Below are positions 29,418-39,004 of a stretch of DNA of 64,000 nt, one piece after another. The stretch covers positions 611,731 through 675,730 of the forward strand of contig VGMW01000001.1 of assembly GCA_016866235.1 (NCBI GenBank), in the 5' to 3' direction. The position numbers and the translations under genes were made by a program. This DNA comes from Bacteroidota bacterium (GTDB lineage Bacteria > Bacteroidota > Bacteroidia > Cytophagales > Cyclobacteriaceae). Numbering within the stretch: position 1 is the first letter of the stretch; every line of letters starts with the position of its first letter. A model generated the notes under the pieces. The model saw only the letters and a program-made list of their open reading frames with translations, ran no database searches and was not told the DNA's origin.

Positions 29418-30763
29418 AAGAGTTTCGCGAATTTGAATTGAACAAAGAATACATCGACCGCTTCCAGGAAGCCTTGGATCAGCGTGATCGGGAATTCGTT
29501 TTGGCCTCCCTGGAATCGGTGAATCCAGCCGATATTTCTGCACTCCTTTACGAATTCAACAGTGAGGAATCAAAGTGGGTATTGGATCTGCTCGAGCCTG
29601 ACGTTCATGCCCAAATTCTAAAAGATCTGGATTCGGACACCAGGAAAAATTTCCTTCGCATTTATAAGGTTTCTGAACTCACCGGACTGATCAACCTTTT
29701 GGATTCGGATGATGCGGCTGATATTCTGAATGAGCTGCCCATCAAAAACAGTGAGGAAGTGATTGCTGGTTTGGACCTTCAGCTACGCTCACAGGTTATC
29801 GACTTGTTGCGTTACGACGAAAACGTGGCTGGCGGATTGATGGCAAAAGAACTGATTAAAGTGCGTGACCACTGGTCGGTGGTTCAATGTATTCAGGAGG
29901 TTCGGAGCCAGGCAGAGCATGTAACCAAATTTTACACAGCGTATGTGGTAGACGACCAGGATAGGTTGTTAGGCAGAATTTCTCTTCAAGATCTGATTAT
30001 ACGTGACTCAAAGACGTTGGTCAGGGATATTCTGGAGGAAGTTGTCGCCGTTGAGACTTTCATGGAGGATAGGGAAGTAGCGGAGGTGATGAAGAAATAT
30101 GATTATGAATCTGTACCTGTTGTAAACGTCCAGGGAATTCTGGTTGGAAGGATCACCATCGACGATGTGGTGGATGTTATCACCGAACAGGCTGAAGAAG
30201 ATCGACAGGCTATGGCCGGTATCTCAGAGGATGTTGAAGAAGATGATACGGTGTGGCGTAATACGCGCGCTCGTTTGCCATGGCTTTTGGTTGGTGTTGC
30301 CGGGGGTTTGATCAGTGCTCGTTTTATGGGTTTTTTTGAAGGTGAATTAAGCAGAATCGCTGCTATCTCATTTTTCATTCCATTGATTCAGGCGACCGGG
30401 GGAAATGTTGGCATTCAATCTTCCTCCCTGGTGGTGCAGAGCTTATCGGCCGAACGCTATCAGGAGACCTTGCGAAATCGATTGGCCAGGGTTTTTTCTG
30501 TGGCCCTTTTAAATGGATTTCTATTGGCGCTGGCGGTACTGGCGGTAAATATTTTCCTGTTTGAAAATGATCGATTATCAGGTATTGTATCGGTTGCCTT
30601 ATTTGCTGTTGTTGTCTTTGCGTCATTTATTGGAACCATTACACCTTTGATCTTACATCGAATGGGATATAATCCTGCATTGGCTTCCGGTCCGTTTATT
30701 ACCACCACCAATGATTTACTTGGACTGGCGGTTTACTTCTCCACCGTGCACGTATTGCTATAA
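29414..30763 (+). CDS. mgtE: magnesium transporter MgtE
   Basis: 449 aa. N-domain, tandem CBS domains, and a C-terminal 5-TM domain (GGNVGIQSS, TTTNDLLGL). The GTG start overlaps the rsmA stop (GTGA). Confidence 0.92.
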   Translation: MKEFREFELNKEYIDRFQEALDQRDREFVLASLESVNPADISALLYEFNSEESKWVLDLLEPDVHAQILKDLDSDTRKNFLRIYKVSELTGLINLLDSDDAADILNELPIKNSEEVIAGLDLQLRSQVIDLLRYDENVAGGLMAKELIKVRDHWSVVQCIQEVRSQAEHVTKFYTAYVVDDQDRLLGRISLQDLIIRDSKTLVRDILEEVVAVETFMEDREVAEVMKKYDYESVPVVNVQGILVGRITIDDVVDVITEQAEEDRQAMAGISEDVEEDDTVWRNTRARLPWLLVGVAGGLISARFMGFFEGELSRIAAISFFIPLIQATGGNVGIQSSSLVVQSLSAERYQETLRNRLARVFSVALLNGFLLALAVLAVNIFLFENDRLSGIVSVALFAVVVFASFIGTITPLILHRMGYNPALASGPFITTTNDLLGLAVYFSTVHVLL

Positions 30764-30767
30764 GGGT

Positions 30768-30775
30768 TATATTTG
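30768..30775 (+). promoter_or_regulatory. -7 promoter element (TATATTTG)
   Basis: Perfect TAnnTTTG. Its G lies 12 nt upstream of ATG 30787. Confidence 0.5.
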
Positions 30776-30786
30776 CATTCACCCAC

Positions 30787-31632
30787 ATGAAGTTTTTAAA
30801 ATCCATTCCTGAGAAGATCAAGGCTCTTTTCTTTCATATTATAGAGCGTCCGATTCTCACTGCCTTAGTGGTTTTGTTGTTGGTTTCCATGCTTGTCATT
30901 GCACTTAGCATCCCATTTTATATTGAAAGTGGTCGTGATTTCTGGAGTCAGATTTTGGTTGAAGCACATGGTATGTTGTTCGACATTGCCATCATCGGTA
31001 TATTACTCTACTGGCTTAATGAGAATGGTGAGATCAGGCAGCGCATTCGGACTTATCAAAATGAAATTGATGATTTCAGACTTTGGAGATCGGAGGAATC
31101 AGCATTTCGCACGGTAGGTAACATCAGGCGCTTGAACCGACATAAGATTTTCGATATAAATCTTGCCAACAGCCACCTCCAAAAAACGAATCTAAGTTAT
31201 GTGAATCTGAAAGGTGCAAACCTTAACAGTGCAAATGTTTCACATTGTTCCTTGATTGAAATTAATCTGGATAGTAGCCGTTTGAATCAGACCAATTTTG
31301 AAAACTCCAATTTGAATGGGGCAAGTCTTATGGGTGCCTATGCCAGTGGCGCCAATTTTCAGGATGCTTACTTGATTAAAACCAATTTAGAAAACTCCTT
31401 CTTGATTAAAACCATTTTTCGGAGTGCTCAGCTTATGGAGGCTAATCTTCGAAATTCATACCTGATGGGAACAGATTTTGAAAACGCAAGTTTGTTTAAA
31501 GCTGACCTCAGGGGTGCAAAAGGTTTGACTTTTGAGCAATTGAGTAAGGCTAAAACGCTCTATATGGCTGAAATGGAAGACGACATTCGGCAGGAGGTTA
31601 TTCAAAAAGCGCCGCAGCTAATAGCTGAATAA
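30787..31632 (+). CDS. membrane-anchored pentapeptide-repeat protein
   Basis: 281 aa. Two N-terminal hydrophobic helices, then about 30 consecutive A(D/N)LXX pentapeptides (ANLNSANVSHCSLIEINLDSSRLNQTNFENSNLNGASL...). Confidence 0.8.
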   Translation: MKFLKSIPEKIKALFFHIIERPILTALVVLLLVSMLVIALSIPFYIESGRDFWSQILVEAHGMLFDIAIIGILLYWLNENGEIRQRIRTYQNEIDDFRLWRSEESAFRTVGNIRRLNRHKIFDINLANSHLQKTNLSYVNLKGANLNSANVSHCSLIEINLDSSRLNQTNFENSNLNGASLMGAYASGANFQDAYLIKTNLENSFLIKTIFRSAQLMEANLRNSYLMGTDFENASLFKADLRGAKGLTFEQLSKAKTLYMAEMEDDIRQEVIQKAPQLIAE

Positions 31633-31742
31633 AATAACAGCCTAAAGGTTTTTCAATCTGTTCTCCACGCAGACTTTTTGTCGCTGGAAATGATTTTTGA
31701 TCAGTGCTTTTTAAATGGGCGCACCAATGGTCGCGACCCAAT

Positions 31743-32852
31743 TTAAACCTTCACATAAATCTTTTTCTTATCAAGAAGTTTCCCGACCAGCCAGCAGGTA
31801 AGCATGATCCATGCACCAAATAAAAATGAGCCTGTATAGGAACCCAGTGGTTGGAAAATATTTTTATAAATCCAGCTATAAAGCGCACCATCACCAGCAG
31901 GAATCCAGTACAGTATAATGACAATAAACTCAGATAAGAGATAAATAAATAGGGTGTTTTTTCCGAACACCTCAAAAAATGGTGTCCAGGACTTTCTACC
32001 GGCATGTTCTATCAAATAGATAACTACAGGTAAAATCAATAAGTCCAAACCTACGGTATGGAGTACGTAGCTGTTTGACCATAATTTTTTGTTGATGGGA
32101 ATAAATAGATCTAGCCACTGAGCTGCGAGTAGTAAAACAGCTCCTGAAATCATAAGCCTGGCAATGGCCTCAAATCCTACCCCTTTTTCTTTGATAAACT
32201 TCGCCGTTAAGTATCCTGCTATCACGTTAACGGTAGATGGAAAGGTGCTGAGTAAGCCTTCCGGATCGAATGGAATGCCTTCACCATGGTAGAGATGATC
32301 GGGTCCTACCAGCCATAAATCCAATTTAGTGCCTGCATTACCAGCCATGGTCAAATCGCCAAATAGCCACAGCACCAATTGATAGCCCACCATAGATACA
32401 ACAGCGAATGCAATGGCTCCACGGGTACTGAAAAAATGAACCACCAATGCCACGAGTCCATAACACAGCGCTATCCTCTGCAGTACGCCGAAGATCCGTG
32501 TGTGGCTCCATGGTCTGAAAACGAGGTCACCGGTATCGCTAATGTTAAAAAACGGAAACCAATACATCAGGTATCCAAGCAAAAAGATGATGGCTGTTCG
32601 TTTAAAAATTTTTGCAAGCACGGGGCCTGTCCCCATGCCTTGATATTTTCCAAGGCTGAAATACATTGAATTTCCTACCACAAAGAGGAATGTAGGAAAT
32701 ACCAGGTCTGTCAATGTGAAGCCATCCCAATCCGCATGAAGCAGAGGAGACCAGGCGGTTTCATAACTGCCCAGTGAATTCACAATGATCATCAGCGCAA
32801 CGTCCATTCCACGAAAGACGTCTAGGCTTTGAAATCTGGAGGAATTGCTCAT
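31743..32852 (-). CDS. polytopic membrane acyltransferase-like protein (DUF1624; homolog of heparan-alpha-glucosaminide N-acetyltransferase)
   Basis: 369 aa, about 10 TM segments. N-terminal RFQSLDVFRGMDVALMIIVN...LLHADWDGFTLTDLVFPTFLFVVG is typical of this family. Confidence 0.75.
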   Translation of the reverse strand: MSNSSRFQSLDVFRGMDVALMIIVNSLGSYETAWSPLLHADWDGFTLTDLVFPTFLFVVGNSMYFSLGKYQGMGTGPVLAKIFKRTAIIFLLGYLMYWFPFFNISDTGDLVFRPWSHTRIFGVLQRIALCYGLVALVVHFFSTRGAIAFAVVSMVGYQLVLWLFGDLTMAGNAGTKLDLWLVGPDHLYHGEGIPFDPEGLLSTFPSTVNVIAGYLTAKFIKEKGVGFEAIARLMISGAVLLLAAQWLDLFIPINKKLWSNSYVLHTVGLDLLILPVVIYLIEHAGRKSWTPFFEVFGKNTLFIYLLSEFIVIILYWIPAGDGALYSWIYKNIFQPLGSYTGSFLFGAWIMLTCWLVGKLLDKKKIYVKV

Positions 32853-32914
32853 AAGAGATGGGTTTGAATCCTCCTAAGCTACGAACCTCCTTTCAAAAAA
32901 TTTTTCACTATAAT

Positions 32915-32944
32915 AAAAAAGTCCCGGCTGACCGGGACTTTTTT
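32915..32944 (-). terminator. intrinsic terminator after the HmuY-like gene (symmetrical, possibly bidirectional)
   Basis: AAAAAA-GTCCCGG-CTGA-CCGGGAC-TTTTTT, immediately after the stop at 32945. Confidence 0.65.
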
Positions 32945-33592
32945 CTATTCGAATTTTCTTGATCCTGAGGATTGGTAGGCATATTTAAAGGTATAATACC
33001 TGGACGGGTTGGCTGAGGTTGGGCTCGCCGGTGCATCCAGGTAATAGCTTAAGATTTCCATCTTAGCGTACTTTCCAGTGCCAGTTCTGATCACGAATAC
33101 ATTTCCTGCCAATGGTGTAACAATTTTAGCCGTTGCATTGTAGTTATACCAGGAGGATGGTACAGCGAGATTGGATCCATCGTCTGTGGCGTAGCCGGAT
33201 TCCGGCGCTTCCTTAACCTGATCAAATGATGTCCCTGTTAAAATTTGGATTCCACCGTTACCCTTTCTGTCCTTCCCACCATTGACAATTATGGTGGTTG
33301 CCCGAAAGCCTATATCCCATTTGTTGGTGAGGCTATCAGAATTTGATACAGGTTCACCCGTGGCGAAACTGAATAAGGTGAATTTACCGGTTGTTCCCGT
33401 TGGCGCTCCTGTGGTAGGATTGAAACCAGTTGGGGGGTCTGCTGGTAAATTTCCAATCAGAAATGCCTCCAGCGGAGTGGGATCATCTGATTGATTACAA
33501 CCAGATAAAATCAACGCAGTAGAGAGTAATCCCACCAATAGGAGGGATCCCGTATTCAGTTGTTTGGTAATCATCTTATTTATTGTTTTCAT
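32945..33592 (-). CDS. HmuY-like lipoprotein
   Basis: 215 aa. Lipobox LILSGC. KWDIGFRATTIIVNGG and GKYAKMEILSYY resemble HmuY-family motifs. It overlaps and follows a TonB-dependent receptor, as hmuY/hmuR pairs do. Confidence 0.6.
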   Translation of the reverse strand: MKTINKMITKQLNTGSLLLVGLLSTALILSGCNQSDDPTPLEAFLIGNLPADPPTGFNPTTGAPTGTTGKFTLFSFATGEPVSNSDSLTNKWDIGFRATTIIVNGGKDRKGNGGIQILTGTSFDQVKEAPESGYATDDGSNLAVPSSWYNYNATAKIVTPLAGNVFVIRTGTGKYAKMEILSYYLDAPASPTSANPSRYYTFKYAYQSSGSRKFE

Positions 33593-35723
33593 GTTTATTG
33601 GATTTTAAGTTGAATGTTGCGCTGATCCACCACAATCTACCGGGGATGTTCGGAATATAAATTGTGTTTCTAAAGTTGAGCAGATTGTCAATCCCCGTCT
33701 GGACCGTAAAACCTTTTCCAAGTTTCCTTGAAGCCGACCAATTTAGCAGAAAATAGCCTGGTACAAATCGATCATAACGATCCAGGATTGAATTGGCATT
33801 AACATCAGAGGAAGGAATGGTCTCACCCTGTACATTTCCCTGAATATCACCAATCCCAAACCTGCTTCTATAAATCATGCGGAAAGAGGATTCAAAGTTT
33901 TTTCCATCCATAAAAAAGACCTGAATGGTTCCATGATTTCTACTTCTGTTGTAAAGTCCGTGGTACTCAAATGGCATCAATCGTTTTGAAACCAGGGTTT
34001 CAGGATCACGGTAGAAGATTTTTTCCTTTCGCAGCTGATCCATGACATCGCGGTCACCGGCAAAAAGCAATTGGTAACCTCCCTGGATTCTAAATCTGGA
34101 TCCTATGTTGGCAGAGAGTCCTGCTTCAAGTCCTTCGGTCATGGCTCGGCGAATGTTTCGGTAGGTATAGATATTTTGACCTTCAATCGTTGAAGCGACG
34201 ATTTGTGTTTCAATCAGGTTGCCAACGTTGTTTCTGAAGAAATTAAAATTTCCTTTAAGTGCCTTAGAAAACTTTACATCAGCTCCTGCATTAAAGGACA
34301 ACGACCGCTCTGCTTTTAAAGCACCAATGAGTTTCGGGTCAAAATAATATCGTGAGATTCGATTGGCATCTTCCAGATCCTTTAGCTGAGTGCTCACGAC
34401 TTCAGAACCCAAAACGCTATAACCACCTGCTGCCGCATTGTTGAAATTGAAATACAACTGCCGGAAATCCGGAGCCTTAAAACCAACGCCGGAGGAAGCT
34501 TTTATGGTGATTGCCTCTGTTAGTTTTCTGCTCAGAGAAAGTTTGGGGCTGATTTGGCTTCCGTAAATTGAATTTTGATCCAGTCTTATGCCCGCTATAA
34601 TGGTAAAGTCTTGCATGGGCGTCCATTCTTCCTGAGCAAATCCATAGAGGGTAAACTGATTCCGATTGGACCGATCACCGTATCGGCTTGTCGCAACTTC
34701 CTCTCCAATAGCACCTGCCCCTACGGTTAGTAAGCTTTTATTTGAGTAGTGATTAAGGACCACCTCAGGTCTGGAGAAGGTTTGTTGAAAATCATCCCGG
34801 TAGTAGGGAATATTCTCAGGCTCTAAATAAAGATTCGTCTTAGTGCTATAGGCAGTCTTGTAATATCGGAGCTGGAGCTTTGTTTGTTCTGAAATTCGGT
34901 ATCGGAAAGATGCAGCGATATTCCAATCCTTTATGATTCCTTGTCCATCGGTCAGGGTTGTTTTGCTCGCGTCCTTAACCTCGAAGGCAAAATCCTGCTG
35001 TTCAGCAAACCATCGACCAGAAAGTGTGAACTCTCCCCGCTCAAACGGTTTCCATCTGATTTTGGATTGAAGTGTGTGGTTGGTGAATGGTGAGACCGTT
35101 TTGCCAAATCTTTCCGGACTTAGGTCGTATCCTCCCGTGCTGTAGCGGTCCGCGAATCCGTAAAATGAAAGATTTTTTATCCCCATACCACCTTGTAACG
35201 ATAGATTGGAAGTGCTGTTGGTTCCATACCGTGCCGACACTGTTGCCTGTGGTGTTCCTGCTTCCTCAGTGATAATGTTCACGACGCCCGCAAGTGCCTC
35301 TGATCCATACAAACTGCTAACCGGACCTTTTACTACCTCAATTTGTCGGATGTTTCCTGTGGTGATACGGCTAAGTTCAAGGGAGCCTGTATACCGTCCA
35401 ATCAATGGTTCACCATCAATGAGAATAAGGGTATAGTCAGGATTGAATCCCTGAAGCTGGAGGCCGTTTCCTTGCGCATTCACCTGAGGTACCACCACTA
35501 GCCCTGGCTGTTCTGCCAGCGCTTCATTAAGTCTCAGGGAGCCCAGGCTACGCAGCGTAGGTCTTCCAATTACGGTTATGGGCAATGGCACAGCATTGAG
35601 AGATCTTTCAGTTCGCGTGGCGGTTACCACAACGGGTTCAAGGTTCACCGTCGAAAGAGTATCTCCAGCAATACGCTGTGACATTGGTAGAAAGCCGAAA
35701 AGCAGGGCAAAAAACACGTGCAA
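33576..35723 (-). CDS. TonB-dependent outer-membrane receptor (small, siderophore/heme/B12-size class)
   Basis: 715 aa. Plug region (EPVVVTATRTERSL, DGEPLIGR, IEVVKGPVSSLYGSEALAGVVNIIT) and a 22-strand-like barrel. The start is uncertain (TTG 35723 or GTG 35717). Confidence 0.9.
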   Translation of the reverse strand: MHVFFALLFGFLPMSQRIAGDTLSTVNLEPVVVTATRTERSLNAVPLPITVIGRPTLRSLGSLRLNEALAEQPGLVVVPQVNAQGNGLQLQGFNPDYTLILIDGEPLIGRYTGSLELSRITTGNIRQIEVVKGPVSSLYGSEALAGVVNIITEEAGTPQATVSARYGTNSTSNLSLQGGMGIKNLSFYGFADRYSTGGYDLSPERFGKTVSPFTNHTLQSKIRWKPFERGEFTLSGRWFAEQQDFAFEVKDASKTTLTDGQGIIKDWNIAASFRYRISEQTKLQLRYYKTAYSTKTNLYLEPENIPYYRDDFQQTFSRPEVVLNHYSNKSLLTVGAGAIGEEVATSRYGDRSNRNQFTLYGFAQEEWTPMQDFTIIAGIRLDQNSIYGSQISPKLSLSRKLTEAITIKASSGVGFKAPDFRQLYFNFNNAAAGGYSVLGSEVVSTQLKDLEDANRISRYYFDPKLIGALKAERSLSFNAGADVKFSKALKGNFNFFRNNVGNLIETQIVASTIEGQNIYTYRNIRRAMTEGLEAGLSANIGSRFRIQGGYQLLFAGDRDVMDQLRKEKIFYRDPETLVSKRLMPFEYHGLYNRSRNHGTIQVFFMDGKNFESSFRMIYRSRFGIGDIQGNVQGETIPSSDVNANSILDRYDRFVPGYFLLNWSASRKLGKGFTVQTGIDNLLNFRNTIYIPNIPGRLWWISATFNLKSNKHENNK

Positions 35724-35811
35724 AAATGTAAAGCCCTGTGATCATAAAATATCCAAATAGGTATAAAATATATCCTAAAAAGTTTAAGGTTTATATTTTA
35801 ACTTCTAGGAG

Positions 35812-35819
35812 TATTTTTG
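35812..35819 (+). promoter_or_regulatory. -7 promoter element (TATTTTTG) for the AraC gene
   Basis: Perfect TAnnTTTG, 50 nt upstream of ATG 35869. Confidence 0.4.
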
Positions 35820-35868
35820 AGCTAAATATTGAAATAATAGCTAAAAAAATAGGTCTAAATTGATATTT

Positions 35869-36771
35869 ATGGATTCGACAGCTTCTGTAGGTCTGAATGG
35901 TGTCTCTGAAAATATCCATCCAGGTATAATAAAGTTCCAATTCAATCAGGAAGATGCCAGTCTTATGGCTACCGAAACGACTGAAAACCCCGAAAGGGGG
36001 ATGGTTTCGCTCTCAAAGGGTGTTATTCATTTTTATTTTTGCCTTGAGGGAAGCGCAGTATTCGGTTTTGGGCCTCATTACAGCCGCGAACTAAAGTCGG
36101 GGTTCAATTACTTCTTCTACAACCCTGAAACCGACCTTCCCTGCAGCCTGTCACTTTCTGCCTCGACCCGATTGATTTATCTGTCCATTACCTTAAAAGG
36201 TCTTCATGATTTGTTTGTGCATGACCTTTCAGGATTACCAATTCTTGAGGATGGTGGCATAGGGAAGAAGTTTTACGATGAGCGTGAAATCCTTCCAGGT
36301 CTTAGGATGGTTCTGACCGGCGCATTCAATACCCATTTAAATGCTGCCTCGGCACGCTTGTTTTATCAAGGCAAGATTTTGGAAATCCTGAGTCTTTATT
36401 TTTCCAGCCCTGTACCAGATCTTGAATATTGTCCCTTTCTAAACGACCAGTCATCGGTTAGAAAAATAAAACACGCCAAAGATTATCTCATACGTCACGC
36501 CGACAATCCTCCACGTTTAAAAGACCTTGCCAAAATAGCGGGATTAAATGAGTTTCAGCTTAAAACCGGGTTCAAGCAAGTCTATGGACAAACTGTATAC
36601 GGTTATCTACTTGAACACAAGCTGGAGCAAGCCAAGCAGATGCTGGATTCAGGAAAATTAAGGGTTAATGAGGTGGCGTTTAAAATTGGTTACGCCAATC
36701 CTAGTCACTTCATCGCCGCTTTCAGGAAAAAGTTTGGATCTACTCCGAAGAAATATCTCATGAACCGCTGA
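35869..36771 (+). CDS. AraC-family transcriptional regulator
   Basis: C-terminal double HTH (LKDLAKIAGLNEFQLKTGFKQVYG...VNEVAFKIGYANPSHFIAAFRKKFG). It is divergent from the receptor operon. ATG 35869 is preferred to the track's TTG 35860. Confidence 0.85.
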   Translation: MDSTASVGLNGVSENIHPGIIKFQFNQEDASLMATETTENPERGMVSLSKGVIHFYFCLEGSAVFGFGPHYSRELKSGFNYFFYNPETDLPCSLSLSASTRLIYLSITLKGLHDLFVHDLSGLPILEDGGIGKKFYDEREILPGLRMVLTGAFNTHLNAASARLFYQGKILEILSLYFSSPVPDLEYCPFLNDQSSVRKIKHAKDYLIRHADNPPRLKDLAKIAGLNEFQLKTGFKQVYGQTVYGYLLEHKLEQAKQMLDSGKLRVNEVAFKIGYANPSHFIAAFRKKFGSTPKKYLMNR

Positions 36772-36781
36772 TTCACAATTA

Positions 36782-37177
36782 ATGAGTGGCAGATCACATA
36801 AAGAACTGACCGCAAAACCTGAAACGGAGGTTGCGGTAGCAGAGCAAACCCTGGTCCTCGAACAAGGTCATATCTATGTCCATTGCTATTACAAAAATGG
36901 TCAGGGAGATAATCTGATTCGAATTTGGAAGTCAACAGTGCTGATCGATAGGGTTAGTGGGGCACGTGCACCATTGATTCATGTGGAGAACATTACTTAC
37001 GCGCCAACCTGGACGCGCGTTCCAAATAATTCAACCTACCGGTTTCTGTTAATTTTTGAATCATTACCCTCCACCTGTGTGGCTTTTGACCTCCTGGAGG
37101 ATATACCTGAACCTGGAGGATTTTTCGTAGGCGGAATCCTTAGAAATCAGACCGACGTTTACCACGTCCAGCTCTAA
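36782..37177 (+). CDS. hypothetical protein, no family recognised
   Basis: 131-aa ORF, 10 nt after the AraC stop on the same strand. I see no signal peptide and no motif I recognise. Confidence 0.5.
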   Translation: MSGRSHKELTAKPETEVAVAEQTLVLEQGHIYVHCYYKNGQGDNLIRIWKSTVLIDRVSGARAPLIHVENITYAPTWTRVPNNSTYRFLLIFESLPSTCVAFDLLEDIPEPGGFFVGGILRNQTDVYHVQL

Positions 37178-38931
37178 CCTTGCTGCGCTCTTAGCTTAAT
37201 GTGAAGTTCCTTCAATTGCTCTTCTGCAATGGTTGAAGGTGAGTCAATCATGGTATCCCGTCCTGCATTGTTTTTTGGGAAGGCGATAAAGTCACGGATC
37301 GAATCTGCTCCACCGAATAGTGAGCACAAGCGATCAAAGCCAAAGGCAATGCCGCCGTGTGGTGGAGCGCCGTATTCAAATGCCTCCATCAAAAATCCAA
37401 ATTGCTTTTTAGCCTCTTCGTCTGTAAATCCCAGCATTTTGAACATGAGTTGTTGGGTTGGACGATCATGGATACGAATCGATCCGCCACCAATCTCTGT
37501 TCCATTCAGAACCATGTCATAGGCATTGGCCCTGACTTTTCCGGGATTACTTTCAAGCAATGGTATGTCTTCCGGTTTGGGTGAGGTGAACGGATGGTGC
37601 ATTGCTTGGTACCTTCCGGTTTCTTCATTCCATTCCAGGAGCGGGAAATCCAGAACCCACAGCGGAGCAAACGTATCCTTATCTCGAAGTCCTGCCATAT
37701 TACCTACCAACAATCTCAATTCACCAAGGGCCTTTCTGGTTTTCTCTTCTTCGCCTGCCATGATCAGCATAAGGTCTCCTGGTGAGGCGGAAAACTGTTC
37801 TGAAATTTTTTTAAGCTCTTCCTGATTGTAAAATTTATCGATTGATGACTTTAATGATCCGTCAGATTCATATCTGATCCAAACCAATCCTTTTCCTCCG
37901 ATTTGAGGTTTCTTAATAAATTCAGTGAGTTCGTCGATTTGTTTCCTGGTATAGGATGCACATCCTTTTGCGTTGATGCCCACAACCAATTGGGCACTAT
38001 CAAATACCGAGAAACCTTTTCCTTGAACCGTCGAATTTAATTCAGTGAATTTCATGTCAAACCGGGTATCTGGTTTGTCAGATCCGTAGAATTTCATGGC
38101 ATCGGCATAGGTCATACGGGGTACACTTCCAATTTCAATGCCTTTCACGGTTTTGAAGATATGTCTGACCAAACCTTCAAAAGTGGTCAGGATATCTTCT
38201 TGGGTAATGAAGGCCATCTCACAGTCTATCTGTGTGAATTCAGGTTGACGGTCTGCCCTAAGGTCTTCGTCTCTAAAGCATTTTACTATCTGGTAATACC
38301 GATCGAATCCAGAAACCATCAGCAATTGTTTGAAGGTTTGCGGTGATTGCGGCAAGGCGTAGAATTCTCCTGGATTCATTCGTGAGGGAACGACAAAATC
38401 TCTTGCTCCCTCGGGGGTTGATTTGATGAGAACAGGTGTCTCAACTTCAATAAAATTCAGGCCGTCCAGATAATTTCTGGTTTCTCTGGCCATTTTATGT
38501 CTGAGCTGCAGGTTCTGCCGGACTGGATTTCTTCTGAGATCCAGATAGCGGTATTTCATCCGTAAGTCATCACCTCCATCAGTTTGATCTTCAATGGTGA
38601 AAGGGGGGACCCTGGAGGCATTTAAAATTTCAAGTTGGGTAACCCTAACTTCAATATCCCCGGTGGGAATCTTATCATTCTTTGATACACGTTCAGTAAC
38701 ATCGCCAATAGCCTTAATCACAAATTCCCTTCCAAGGCTGCGCGCTGCCGCAATTACTTCCTGTGAAGTTTTTCCTTCCTCCAAAAACAGCTGTGTGATG
38801 CCGTATCGGTCTCTGAGATCGATCCAGATAAGGCTACCTTTGTCCCTTACCCGCTGAACCCAACCGGTGAGGGTGACGGTTTCACCTGTGTTGGTTAGCC
38901 TGAGTTCTCCGCAATGATGGGTTCTAAGCAT
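37174..38931 (-). CDS. aspS: aspartate--tRNA ligase
   Basis: 585 aa. OB anticodon domain and class II motifs ([35 protein letters not shown]). Confidence 0.95.
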   Translation of the reverse strand: MLRTHHCGELRLTNTGETVTLTGWVQRVRDKGSLIWIDLRDRYGITQLFLEEGKTSQEVIAAARSLGREFVIKAIGDVTERVSKNDKIPTGDIEVRVTQLEILNASRVPPFTIEDQTDGGDDLRMKYRYLDLRRNPVRQNLQLRHKMARETRNYLDGLNFIEVETPVLIKSTPEGARDFVVPSRMNPGEFYALPQSPQTFKQLLMVSGFDRYYQIVKCFRDEDLRADRQPEFTQIDCEMAFITQEDILTTFEGLVRHIFKTVKGIEIGSVPRMTYADAMKFYGSDKPDTRFDMKFTELNSTVQGKGFSVFDSAQLVVGINAKGCASYTRKQIDELTEFIKKPQIGGKGLVWIRYESDGSLKSSIDKFYNQEELKKISEQFSASPGDLMLIMAGEEEKTRKALGELRLLVGNMAGLRDKDTFAPLWVLDFPLLEWNEETGRYQAMHHPFTSPKPEDIPLLESNPGKVRANAYDMVLNGTEIGGGSIRIHDRPTQQLMFKMLGFTDEEAKKQFGFLMEAFEYGAPPHGGIAFGFDRLCSLFGGADSIRDFIAFPKNNAGRDTMIDSPSTIAEEQLKELHIKLRAQQG

Positions 38932-38953
38932 CAGATTTTGATAAATTAGCGGG

Positions 38954-38961
38954 CAAAAGTA
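38954..38961 (-). promoter_or_regulatory. -7 promoter element (TACTTTTG) for aspS
   Basis: Perfect TAnnTTTG on the minus strand, 23 nt upstream of ATG 38931. Confidence 0.45.
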
Positions 38962-39004
38962 ATAAACGTTGAGCAGTTATCTAATAATCACCACCGGTCG
39001 GACG

